Positions 9,000-17,444 of a stretch of 64,000 bases of DNA are shown piece by piece (the stretch's first letter is position 1; the number at the start of each line of letters is the position of its first letter). The DNA is taken from the NCBI GenBank assembly GCA_017431825.1, contig JAFRKI010000002.1:155863-219862 (forward strand), given 5' to 3'. This stretch comes from Erysipelotrichaceae bacterium. Lineage in GTDB: Bacteria > Bacillota_I > Bacilli_A > Erysipelotrichales > Erysipelotrichaceae. The notes under the pieces are model-generated. The model saw only the letters and a list, made by a program, of their open reading frames with translations, had not been told where the DNA came from and made no database searches. Position numbers and translations under genes: made by a program.

Positions 9000-11576
9000 T
9001 CATTCAAATTCTTTCTTCTTTTCAAGTAGTGTTTCGTAAGAATTCTTATACCTGATCAGTTTTTCTTTTTCTTCATTTACTTTTGCTTCAGGTGCTTTTT
9101 CCAGGAAAGATTTATTAGATAAAATTCCTTCGCTTCTTTTAATTTCCGACCTGAGTTTTTCAAGTTCGGAATTGATCTTCGCAAGTTCTTCTTCCCTGTT
9201 TACGATCTCGGACATCCTGAAGGAGATCTTTCCGTCGGTGATCGGTCTGACTATCGTTTCATCATCGATGCTATCTACGACACTGAGCTTGCACATCTTA
9301 TTCAGAATGGAAATCTCGTTGTCATTGATGTCGTAACCTTCGATCATTACTTCAAGTTCCTTAGCCGGCTTGATGCTGTTTTCCATTCTGATCTCCCGTG
9401 ATGCCTTGATGATCTCCAGAAGGACATCGATCTTCTTTGCCTTGGCATCATCGCATTCCTTTTTATCCGGCCATAATGCCGTACAGATACTGCTGTCTTC
9501 ACCGTGTATCGCCTGATACAGTTCTTCGGTAACGAAAGGAATGAACGGATGCAGCAGTCTGATGATCGCATCGAGGACATAGATCAGCGTGTTGAGCGTT
9601 TTATGCTTTTCGATGAGATTATCACCGGTCAGCGTCGCTTTGGTGAATTCGATATATGACGAGCAGAAATCGTTCCAGATGAAGTTCATCAGTTCATTTC
9701 CGGCAATACCCATCTCATAACGGTCGATGTTGTTCGTCGTTTGATCGATGATGTAATTGAGCTTGGAAATGATCCAGTGATCGGTCTCGCTTTCGATCTT
9801 CGGCTCTTCATACTTATATGTTTCATCGATATTCATCAGCACGAATCTCGTCGCATTCCAGAGCTTGTTGATGAAGTTCCAACCGGCTTCGATCTTTTCC
9901 GTTGAGAAGTTTATATCATAACCAGGGGTCGAATTCGTAGTCAGGAAAAGCCTCAGCGAATCATAACCGTACTTGTCTATCACATCGATCGGATCGATTC
10001 CGTTGCCTAAGGACTTGGACATCTTTCTGCCCTTTTCATCTCTTACCAGGCCGTGGATCAGACAGTCCTTGAACGGAACGTCATTCATGAAGTGTCTGGC
10101 GCTTACGGCCATTCTGGCTACCCAGAAGAAGATGATGTCATAGCCCGTTACCAGACAGTCGGTCGGGAAGTAGCGTTTGAGATCATCCGTTTCTTCCGGC
10201 CATCCCAGAGTCGAGAATGGCCATAAGGCACTGGAGAACCAGGTATCAAGAACGTCTTCATCCTGTACATAGTTTTCGATATCCTTTGGCGGATCATACT
10301 CGCAGTAGATCTCACCTGTTTCCTTATGATACCAGACAGGTATCCGGTGACCCCACCATAACTGTCTGGAGATACACCAGTCTTCGATGTTTTCCAGCCA
10401 CTGGACGAAGGTCTTTTCAAATCTCTTAGGATAGAAATTGATCTTGGTTTCAGTGCTTTCCTGAGCCTTCAAAACATCATCAGCCAGCGGTTTCATCTTT
10501 ACGAACCACTGCTTTGAAAGATAAGGTTCGACCATGACGTCGGTCCTTTCCGAGAATCCGACAGAATGCTCGATGTCTTCGATCTTTACCAGCTGTCCGC
10601 TGGCTTCGATCTTGGCTACGGTCTTTTCTCTGGCATCATATCTGTCCAGTCCGTTAAGATCGCCTGCCAGCTCGTTCATGGTTCCGTCTTCATTCATGCA
10701 GATAGGCATCTCCAGATCATGTCTCAAGGCTATCTGATAGTCATTAGGATCATGAGCAGGCGTACACTTCATGGCGCCGGTACCGAAACCGATCTCGATG
10801 TATTCATCACCGATGATAGGCAGAACGTCGCCGTTAGCCGGATTGATGCATTTCTTGCCGATGAGATGATTTAGTTTTTCATCCTGAGGATGAACGACGA
10901 CACAGACATCACCGTACATGGTTTCTGGTCTCGTCGTGGCCACGTCAAAGGTCTCGTCGGAATCGACGACCTTATAACGGAAGTAATACATCTTTCCCTT
11001 GACATCCTTGTGTATGACTTCGATATTGCTTAAAGCGGTCTTGGCTACCGGATCCCAGTTGATGACTCTTTTGCCCTGATAGATGAGTCCTTCCTTGTAG
11101 TAGTCGACAAAGACCTTGGCTACGGCTTTGGACAGTCCTTCATCAAGGGTAAAACGTTCCTTTCTGTAATCAACGGAAAGACCGGTCTTAGCCCACTGTT
11201 TCCTGATGAAATCAGAGTATTCTTCCTTCCACTCCCAGGCCTTTTCCAGGAAGCCTTCTCTTCCCAGATCATAACGGGATATGCCCTGTTCTTTTAATCT
11301 GGCGTCTACCTTGGCCTGAGTGGCGATACCGGCATGGTCCATGCCCGGCAGCCATAAGCAGTCATATCCTCTCATTCGCTTGTAGAGGATGATCATATCC
11401 TGCAAGGCATTATCAAAGGTGTGGCCGATATGCAGCTTGCCGGTCACATTAGGCGGAGGTATAACGATACAGTAAGGCTTCTTACTGAGGTCTCCGGCAT
11501 GGAAGTAACCTTTTTCGATCCACTTATCGTACTTCCCTTCTTCAACTTTACGGGCATCATACTTGGTGTCTAACAT
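9000..11576 (-). CDS. valS: Valyl-tRNA synthetase
   Basis: The ORF track extends to 11672 through the T-box. I place the start at ATG 11574-11576 (MLDTKYDARKVEEGKYDKW), preceded by AAGGAGA. HIGH-type motif LHIGH, KMSKS, and a C-terminal coiled coil are present. Confidence 0.9.
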   Translation of the reverse strand: MLDTKYDARKVEEGKYDKWIEKGYFHAGDLSKKPYCIVIPPPNVTGKLHIGHTFDNALQDMIILYKRMRGYDCLWLPGMDHAGIATQAKVDARLKEQGISRYDLGREGFLEKAWEWKEEYSDFIRKQWAKTGLSVDYRKERFTLDEGLSKAVAKVFVDYYKEGLIYQGKRVINWDPVAKTALSNIEVIHKDVKGKMYYFRYKVVDSDETFDVATTRPETMYGDVCVVVHPQDEKLNHLIGKKCINPANGDVLPIIGDEYIEIGFGTGAMKCTPAHDPNDYQIALRHDLEMPICMNEDGTMNELAGDLNGLDRYDAREKTVAKIEASGQLVKIEDIEHSVGFSERTDVMVEPYLSKQWFVKMKPLADDVLKAQESTETKINFYPKRFEKTFVQWLENIEDWCISRQLWWGHRIPVWYHKETGEIYCEYDPPKDIENYVQDEDVLDTWFSSALWPFSTLGWPEETDDLKRYFPTDCLVTGYDIIFFWVARMAVSARHFMNDVPFKDCLIHGLVRDEKGRKMSKSLGNGIDPIDVIDKYGYDSLRLFLTTNSTPGYDINFSTEKIEAGWNFINKLWNATRFVLMNIDETYKYEEPKIESETDHWIISKLNYIIDQTTNNIDRYEMGIAGNELMNFIWNDFCSSYIEFTKATLTGDNLIEKHKTLNTLIYVLDAIIRLLHPFIPFVTEELYQAIHGEDSSICTALWPDKKECDDAKAKKIDVLLEIIKASREIRMENSIKPAKELEVMIEGYDINDNEISILNKMCKLSVVDSIDDETIVRPITDGKISFRMSEIVNREEELAKINSELEKLRSEIKRSEGILSNKSFLEKAPEAKVNEEKEKLIRYKNSYETLLEKKKEFE

Positions 11577-11825
11577 AGTCGTTCTCCTTAATAAATAAAA
11601 AGGCGGCCCAAGGGCGCAGTGCGCGGTACCACCTTTCTTTTCTCTTGAACTCTTAACGCGAGTAACGTGCATGCTTACTGCTGTTTCAGCACACAGACTC
11701 CCAGACTACTTTTCATTGCTTCCTTGTGTCCTTCGCAGCATCCAGGACATCTCTTATTACCGTCGGCAATTACTTCTTTCTGTTCTCAGTCTTTATCATT
11801 ATAAAACTTATTCGCAAATAATCAA
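11577..11825 (-). promoter_or_regulatory. Promoter plus T-box leader (candidate Val specifier GUA)
   Basis: T-box AAGGTGGTACCGCG (core at 11622-11633), with a terminator ending CCGCCTTTTTATTT. The candidate specifier is GAAAAGTAG, with GTA at 11707-11709. Promoter: TTGATT (11820-11825), 16 nt, TATAAT (11798-11803). Confidence 0.85.
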
Positions 11826-12464
11826 TTACTTATATGACTTGACGTCGATAATGTTGTACTTATCCTTAAGCAGATCAGCTACCTTATCGGAATCGGTCTC
11901 GTCTACTCTGATGATGATATTGATCTTTCCGTTTCTTTCCACTACCAGATGCGTGATGGAGATGTTTTCATCGGAAAGGATAGTAGCGATATCCTTCAGT
12001 ATGCCCGGATGGTCTTCTTCGATCGCAACGACGATCCTGGTGCCTTTGTTGTAGTAGCCCTGAACTTCGATGAAGGCACTAAAGATATCCTTCTGGGTAA
12101 TGACGCCTACCAGAAATCCCTGATCAACGACCGGTAACGTAAAGATGTCGGATTTGATCATCACATCGGCTGCCTCTTCCAGCAGATTATCAGGAGATAT
12201 CGTAGCGATGTCCTTCAGCATGATATCTGCGATCGTCGTCTTGTTCAGGAGATAGTTGATCTCATGGATAGACAAAGAAGTGGCCTTGCTTGGAACGTTT
12301 TCAGCGACCAGAGCTTCGGTTATCAGACCTACGACATGATTTGATCTGTCTACTACCGGCAGACGGTGGAAATCGCATTTATCAAAGATATCTACGGCGC
12401 TTGATACAACGTCATCAGGAGAAATGGTAACAGGGTTTCTTGTCATCTTATCTTTAACGAACAT
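11826..12464 (-). CDS. CBS-pair plus ACT domain protein (AcuB-like)
   Basis: 212 aa. Two CBS-like repeats (..HRLPVVD.., ..FTLPVVD..) and a C-terminal ACT-like segment (GTRIVVAIEEDHPGILKDIATILSDENISI). The start codon lies 1 nt after the livF stop. Confidence 0.7.
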   Translation of the reverse strand: MFVKDKMTRNPVTISPDDVVSSAVDIFDKCDFHRLPVVDRSNHVVGLITEALVAENVPSKATSLSIHEINYLLNKTTIADIMLKDIATISPDNLLEEAADVMIKSDIFTLPVVDQGFLVGVITQKDIFSAFIEVQGYYNKGTRIVVAIEEDHPGILKDIATILSDENISITHLVVERNGKINIIIRVDETDSDKVADLLKDKYNIIDVKSYK

Positions 12465-12465
12465 A

Positions 12466-13164
12466 TTAACCTCCTAGATATAGTTTCTGGACTTTTTCAC
12501 TGGCCGATAATTCTTCGCCGCTTCCTTCAAGAGCTATCCTGCCCGTTTCCATGACATAGGCATGATTGGCTATGGCCAAAGCCATGGAAGCGTTCTGCTC
12601 GACAAGGAAGATGGTGGTACCGGTACTGTTTATCGTCTTTATTATATCGAAAATATTCCTGACAAGTAACGGAGCAAGTCCCATGCTCGGTTCATCCAGC
12701 AGCATGATCTTAGGTTTGGCCATCAAGGCCCTGGCTATCGCCAGCATCTGCTGTTCGCCTCCGGATAACGTACCGGCCAGCTGGGAGGTCCTTTCCTTCA
12801 GTATCGGAAATAGCGAATAGATATATTCGAATTCATCGTCATAGCTGTCCTTACGCTGATAAGCACCTAATAGAATGTTTTCGTAAACGCTCATCTTCTG
12901 GAATATCCTCCGGCCTTCAGGCACCTGAATGACGCCTCTTTTGACTATCTCTTCCGAGTCCATCTTCAAAAGGTCTTCTCCGTCAAGAAATATCTGACCG
13001 CTTTTAGGTGTAAGCAGTCCGGATATGGTATGCATGATGGTCGTCTTGCCGGCACCGTTGGCACCGATGAGCGTACAGATCTCACCGTCCTTGATGGTGA
13101 TGTTTACGCCTTTAACGGCTTCGATCATGCCGTAACTTACCGATAGATCCTTTATTTCCAGCAT
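12466..13164 (-). CDS. livF: Branched-chain amino-acid ABC transporter ATP-binding protein
   Basis: 232 aa. Walker A GANGAGKTT, signature LSGGEQQ, LivF-type C-terminus. Confidence 0.85.
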   Translation of the reverse strand: MLEIKDLSVSYGMIEAVKGVNITIKDGEICTLIGANGAGKTTIMHTISGLLTPKSGQIFLDGEDLLKMDSEEIVKRGVIQVPEGRRIFQKMSVYENILLGAYQRKDSYDDEFEYIYSLFPILKERTSQLAGTLSGGEQQMLAIARALMAKPKIMLLDEPSMGLAPLLVRNIFDIIKTINSTGTTIFLVEQNASMALAIANHAYVMETGRIALEGSGEELSASEKVQKLYLGG

Positions 13165-13934
13165 CAGGCACCTCCCAGGTAGGCTTTGATTACTTCCGGA
13201 TTGTTCTGTATCTCTTCCGGAGCTCCGAAAGCCAAAGTAGTACCATAATTCAGTACGGTTATCTCTTCACAGATGCCCATGACGAATTTCATGTCATGTT
13301 CGATCAGCAGTATCGCAATATCAAAGTGGTCTCTGATATCCTTTATCGTATTCATCAGTTCGGCCGTTTCGCTCGGGTTCATGCCGGCAGCCGGTTCATC
13401 CAGCAGCAGCAGCGAAGGATTGGTGGCTAGAGCTCTGCAGATCTCCAGTCTTCTTTGAGCACCGTAAGGAAGCGAAGATGCCGGATGGTCCATAAGATCC
13501 TGCAGCTTGAAGATGCTTAAAAGATCGATGGCCTTCTGATAGGCTTCCTTTTCCTGTTCCCTGAACCTGCGGTTCCTGATGATGCCTTCAAAGGTATTGT
13601 ATTTTATGGAGTTATGCATGCCGATGAGCACGTTGTCGATAACGCTCAGATTATCGAATAAACGGATATTCTGGAAGGTCCTGGCGATTCCGGCCTTGTT
13701 TACTTCAACGGTAGAAAGCTTATTGATCTGCTGGCCGTTCAGTTCGATGGTGCCTCTGCTTGGATCATAGACTTTCGTAAGCATATTAAAGACGGTAGTC
13801 TTTCCGGCGCCGTTAGGTCCGATAAGTCCGACTATCTGATGCTTTCTGACCGTGATATTGAACTTGTTGACGGCTGTAAGGCCGCCGAAGTCGATACCCA
13901 GATCCTTTACCTGCAGTACGGGAGTTTCGTTCAT
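13164..13934 (-). CDS. livG: Branched-chain amino-acid ABC transporter ATP-binding protein
   Basis: 256 aa. GPNGAGKTT, and a LivG-type C-terminal extension (..NPEVIKAYLG). Confidence 0.85.
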   Translation of the reverse strand: MNETPVLQVKDLGIDFGGLTAVNKFNITVRKHQIVGLIGPNGAGKTTVFNMLTKVYDPSRGTIELNGQQINKLSTVEVNKAGIARTFQNIRLFDNLSVIDNVLIGMHNSIKYNTFEGIIRNRRFREQEKEAYQKAIDLLSIFKLQDLMDHPASSLPYGAQRRLEICRALATNPSLLLLDEPAAGMNPSETAELMNTIKDIRDHFDIAILLIEHDMKFVMGICEEITVLNYGTTLAFGAPEEIQNNPEVIKAYLGGA

Positions 13935-13935
13935 T

Positions 13936-15033
13936 CTATTCCGCCTCCTTACTGTGTGTCCTGTTAAAACGTCTGGTCTTCAGTTCAGCCAGCTTCTCCT
14001 TAAAGAACTTGTTGTTGCTGATAAGCATGATGCCGATGAGCACCAGCGAATAGATGATCATGCGGTAGGATTCGAATGATCTTAAAAGTTCCGGCAGGAC
14101 ATAGAGAACACTGGCCGAGATGATCGTGCCTGTGATATTGCCTAAACCGCCTAAAACGACATATACCAGTAGCAGTATCGACTGGTTGAAGCCGAATTTG
14201 GCCGGAGTAAGCGTCGAGAAGTTAAGACCGTACAAAGCGCCTGCGGCACCAGCCAAAGCAGCCGAAATGACGAAGGCCAGCATCTTTGTCCTGGTCACGT
14301 CGATACCTACGGATAAAGCAGCTATCCTGTTGTCTCTGGCGGCCATTATCGCCCTTCCGTTTCGGGAATCCATCAGATTATAGATAACGATAAGGCTGAT
14401 GATAATAAGGACGATGCCTACCGTAAAGGTCGAGATCCTTTGGGTGCCTGATGCACCGATAGGTCCGCCGATCAGTATCTTGCCGCTGGAACTCAGGTTC
14501 AGCTTGTTCTCGATAAAGGAGAACTGCAGACCTTTCTCATCGAAACCGAAATAGACATTGTTTATAAGTGAAACGATGATCTGACAGAAAGCCAGCGTTA
14601 CGATGGCCAGATAGTCTCCCTGCAGTTTTAAGACCGGTATACCGATCAGAAAACCGAAGAACGCACTGACGGCCGCTCCGATGATAATGACGATAACGAG
14701 CCTTAAAACGGCGTTTGTGAGCGTTCCTGCTAGCAGACCCGAGAGACATACGGCAGTGAAGGCACCGATCGACATGAAACCCGCATGTCCCAATGACAGT
14801 TCACCGGAAAGCCCGACGCAAAGATTAAGAGCCAGCGCCGCTACGATGTAACAGGTGCAAGGCACCAGCAGGTTCTTAAAGAGCGAGGAGATGTTTCCCG
14901 TCTTCAACAAGGCTTCCAGTATGACATATGCGAAAATGACGATCAGATAGGATACCGTCTGTTTCTTATGCTGTTTATCAAATAGTTTATTTAACAGATT
15001 ACTCTTTTTCATAACAAACCTACACTTTCTCAT
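13936..15033 (-). CDS. livM: Branched-chain amino-acid ABC transporter permease
   Basis: 365 aa polytopic membrane protein. The start is ambiguous: ATG 15033 overlaps livH, and an alternative ATG lies at 15012. Confidence 0.8.
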   Translation of the reverse strand: MRKCRFVMKKSNLLNKLFDKQHKKQTVSYLIVIFAYVILEALLKTGNISSLFKNLLVPCTCYIVAALALNLCVGLSGELSLGHAGFMSIGAFTAVCLSGLLAGTLTNAVLRLVIVIIIGAAVSAFFGFLIGIPVLKLQGDYLAIVTLAFCQIIVSLINNVYFGFDEKGLQFSFIENKLNLSSSGKILIGGPIGASGTQRISTFTVGIVLIIISLIVIYNLMDSRNGRAIMAARDNRIAALSVGIDVTRTKMLAFVISAALAGAAGALYGLNFSTLTPAKFGFNQSILLLVYVVLGGLGNITGTIISASVLYVLPELLRSFESYRMIIYSLVLIGIMLISNNKFFKEKLAELKTRRFNRTHSKEAE

Positions 15034-15901
15034 TTACCTTCTTGCCTAGTATACCGGTAGGTTTGATAAGCAAAACAATAATCAGGACCGCAAAGACGAT
15101 CGCATCAGACAGCTGGGTCGAGATATAGGCCTTGGAAAGGTTCTCGATTATGCCCAGCAGCAGACCGCCGACGAAAGCACCGGGGATGGAACCGATACCG
15201 CCGAATACGGCAGCCGTAAAGGCCTTGATGCCCGGCATCGAACCCAAGGTAGGATATACGGAAGGATATGTCGAACATAAAAGAACGGAAGCTATAGCTG
15301 CCAGACCGGAACCGATCGCAAAGGTGATGGAAATGGTCTTATTGACGTTGATGCCCATCAGCTTGGCGGCATCCTTGTCTTCCGAACAGGCCCTCATCGC
15401 CCTGCCGATCTTGGTGTTGTTTATAAAGAGCGTCAGAACGATCATGATGACGATGCAGGTGATGATGGTGAGGATATTGATGTATGCTATGCTCATCTTT
15501 CCGTCAAACAGGGTCAGTGAACGGTTTCCGACGATCGAAGAAAAGATCTTCGGAGATGAAGACCATAGAAGCTGGGCCATGTTCTGCAGGAAATAGGATA
15601 CACCGATGGCCGTGATCAGTACGGATAATGAAGTGGCCTGTCTTAAGGGCTTATATGCCAGTCTTTCGATAAGAACGCCCAGTGTCGTACAGACGGCAAT
15701 GGCCAGCAGTACGGCTGCAACAGCCGGCAGATTATAACGGCTAAGCGCAAAAAAAGCCACATAAGCGCCGATCATGATGACATCGCCATGCGCAAAATTA
15801 AGCATCTTGGCAATGCCGTAAACCATCGAATAACCCAGTGCGATTATGGCATATACCGAACCTAAACCTATTCCTGTGATCAGATATGATAGAAATACCA
15901 T
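15020..15901 (-). CDS. livH: Branched-chain amino-acid ABC transporter permease
   Basis: The ORF-track start at 15952 abuts an 11-bp hairpin. I prefer ATG 15899-15901 (MVFLSYLITGIGLGSVYAIIALGYSMVYG, a typical LivH N-terminus), preceded by GGGGGAAG. Confidence 0.8.
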   Translation of the reverse strand: MVFLSYLITGIGLGSVYAIIALGYSMVYGIAKMLNFAHGDVIMIGAYVAFFALSRYNLPAVAAVLLAIAVCTTLGVLIERLAYKPLRQATSLSVLITAIGVSYFLQNMAQLLWSSSPKIFSSIVGNRSLTLFDGKMSIAYINILTIITCIVIMIVLTLFINNTKIGRAMRACSEDKDAAKLMGINVNKTISITFAIGSGLAAIASVLLCSTYPSVYPTLGSMPGIKAFTAAVFGGIGSIPGAFVGGLLLGIIENLSKAYISTQLSDAIVFAVLIIVLLIKPTGILGKKVNEKV

Positions 15902-15923
15902 ACTTCCCCCTATTACCAAGACA

Positions 15924-15950
15924 GGCAGAGGCTGTTTGACAGCCTCTGCC
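15924..15950 (-). other. Intercistronic stem-loop between the binding-protein gene and livH
   Basis: Perfect 11-bp stem GGCAGAGGCTG (15924-15934) / CAGCCTCTGCC (15940-15950) with a 5-nt loop. No T-run follows on the minus strand. Confidence 0.7.
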
Positions 15951-15960
15951 ATATCAGATA

Positions 15961-17118
15961 TTATTCAGCAGCTACATATACGCCGTTTTCAATAATAACG
16001 GCCTTAGGTGACTTGGAAACTTCACCATTGGCTGCCCAGGTAGCCTTACCTGTCAAACCATCGAAAGTCATTGACGTAAACTGTCCGATCAGAGCATCGC
16101 AGATCTCTTCAGTACTGTTGGTGCCGTCGACACCGGCAGCCTTACAGGCTTCATAGATCGCATATACGGCATCATAAGCATCAGCACCGAACTGAGTAGG
16201 AGTGCCGCCGTATGCTTCCTTGAAAGCAGTTACGAAATGAACGGTCTTATCATCTGTTGCGTCAGCAGCAAACGGAGTAAGCAGATATACGCCTTCAGCT
16301 AAAGCAGTATCGAAACCTTCCAGAGTCAGGATACCGTCCATGCCGTCGATTCCGAAGAATACCGGAGCATAGCCCATGGCATCAGCCTGAGTAAGGATAC
16401 CGGCAGCCGGAGTATAGTAGATAGGCAGGAAGACGACATCGGCACCCGCATTCTGTGCAGCAGTCAGCTGGGCAGAATAGTCGGAATCGGTATCGATGAA
16501 CGAACCTTCGTAAACGATGTCAAGACCGACTTTGGCAGCTTCGTCTTTGAACTTCTGATAAACGGTAGTTGAATAGTCGTCATCGGATCTGTAGATGATG
16601 GCAACTTTCTCGCCTAAAGCGTTGTTCTTGATGTAATCGGCAGAAGCAACGCCCTGGTTAGGATCTGTGAAACAAACCTGGAAACAGTTGTCATAATTAG
16701 TTGAACCGTTGTATACCAGACCAGGATTCGATCCTGATGGCGTGATGGCGAAGATACGGTCATTGAAGTAATCTTCAACTACAGCCAGACCGGCACCGGA
16801 AGTGGTGGTATAGATGGATACCTGCATGCCCCAGTCCTTCAGGACGCCGTAAGCATTAGGAGCCTTTTCCGGATCAGCTTCATCATCTTCGAATTTGAAA
16901 TCAAAGAAGTCGAAACCTTCAGCTTCGTTGATCTCCTTGACAGCCAGCTCGGCTGCATGGAATACGTCATTGCCGTAAACGGCAGCGCCGCCGGTCAGAG
17001 GTCCCGAACCACCAAGCTTGATGGTAGGAGAAGCTTCATCGCCGCCGGATCCTCCGGAACAGCCTACCAAGCCGAATACTACGAATACGCTCAGCAGTAC
17101 AACCAATAACTTTTTCAT
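15961..17118 (-). CDS. livJ: Leu/Ile/Val-type ABC substrate-binding lipoprotein
   Basis: 385 aa. Lipobox LVGCSGG. Periplasmic-binding-protein type I fold typical of LivJ/BraC-like proteins. Substrate class is supported by operon context and by the BCAA-rich leader peptide. Confidence 0.75.
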   Translation of the reverse strand: MKKLLVVLLSVFVVFGLVGCSGGSGGDEASPTIKLGGSGPLTGGAAVYGNDVFHAAELAVKEINEAEGFDFFDFKFEDDEADPEKAPNAYGVLKDWGMQVSIYTTTSGAGLAVVEDYFNDRIFAITPSGSNPGLVYNGSTNYDNCFQVCFTDPNQGVASADYIKNNALGEKVAIIYRSDDDYSTTVYQKFKDEAAKVGLDIVYEGSFIDTDSDYSAQLTAAQNAGADVVFLPIYYTPAAGILTQADAMGYAPVFFGIDGMDGILTLEGFDTALAEGVYLLTPFAADATDDKTVHFVTAFKEAYGGTPTQFGADAYDAVYAIYEACKAAGVDGTNSTEEICDALIGQFTSMTFDGLTGKATWAANGEVSKSPKAVIIENGVYVAAE

Positions 17119-17172
17119 AATCTTTCCTCCAAATAATTTATAGCAACAGTCTGACTGTAACTATCAAAATAA

Positions 17173-17210
17173 AAAGATGAGCCCTAACAGATAACATTCA
17201 GCTCATCTTT
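17173..17210 (-). terminator. Attenuator terminator in the liv leader
   Basis: 10-bp stem AAAGATGAGC (17201-17210) / GCTCATCTTT (17173-17182) with an 18-nt loop, followed on the minus strand by TTTATTTT. It lies 55 nt upstream of the livJ ATG. Confidence 0.7.
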
Positions 17211-17247
17211 ATTTAACTAATATGCTGAAATGATATCCGTTATCCTG

Positions 17248-17349
17248 CTACGACATAATAATAATGCCACCTAACAGGCGCAGTCGCAGGATAACCACAA
17301 TAACCATTTCATCAACAAAGGAAATACATGCATCAAGTATCTTTTTCAT
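17248..17349 (-). CDS. 33-aa Ile/Leu/Val-rich leader peptide (candidate attenuation peptide)
   Basis: It is not in the ORF track because it is too short. ATG at 17347-17349 is preceded by AAAGGAGA. Translation: MKKILDACISFVDEMVIVVILRLRLLGGIIIMS, then TAG. 16 of 33 residues are I, L or V, and 12 of the last 18. Confidence 0.55.
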   Translation of the reverse strand: MKKILDACISFVDEMVIVVILRLRLLGGIIIMS

Positions 17350-17372
17350 AACGTATCTCCTTTCTTGTATTC

Positions 17373-17401
17373 ATATTAACGCTTATGAAAATAAGTGTCA
17401 A
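17373..17401 (-). promoter_or_regulatory. Sigma-70-type promoter of the liv leader/operon
   Basis: TTGACA (17396-17401), 17 nt, TAATAT (17373-17378) on the minus strand. Confidence 0.6.
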
Positions 17402-17444
17402 TATTCATTTTCATAATATTTTCATTATTCTGAAAATATTTTCA

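Noticed and set aside
11577-11672. N-terminal extensions given by the ORF track: valS to 11672, thrS to 7803, engB to 18630, nth to 32386, the ARH gene to 47618, the flavodiiron gene from 22985, and livH to 15952.
   Set aside because: The extensions run through T-box terminators, hairpins or upstream genes, and some start at TTG or GTG. Internal ATGs with good Shine-Dalgarno sites give N-termini that match the families.
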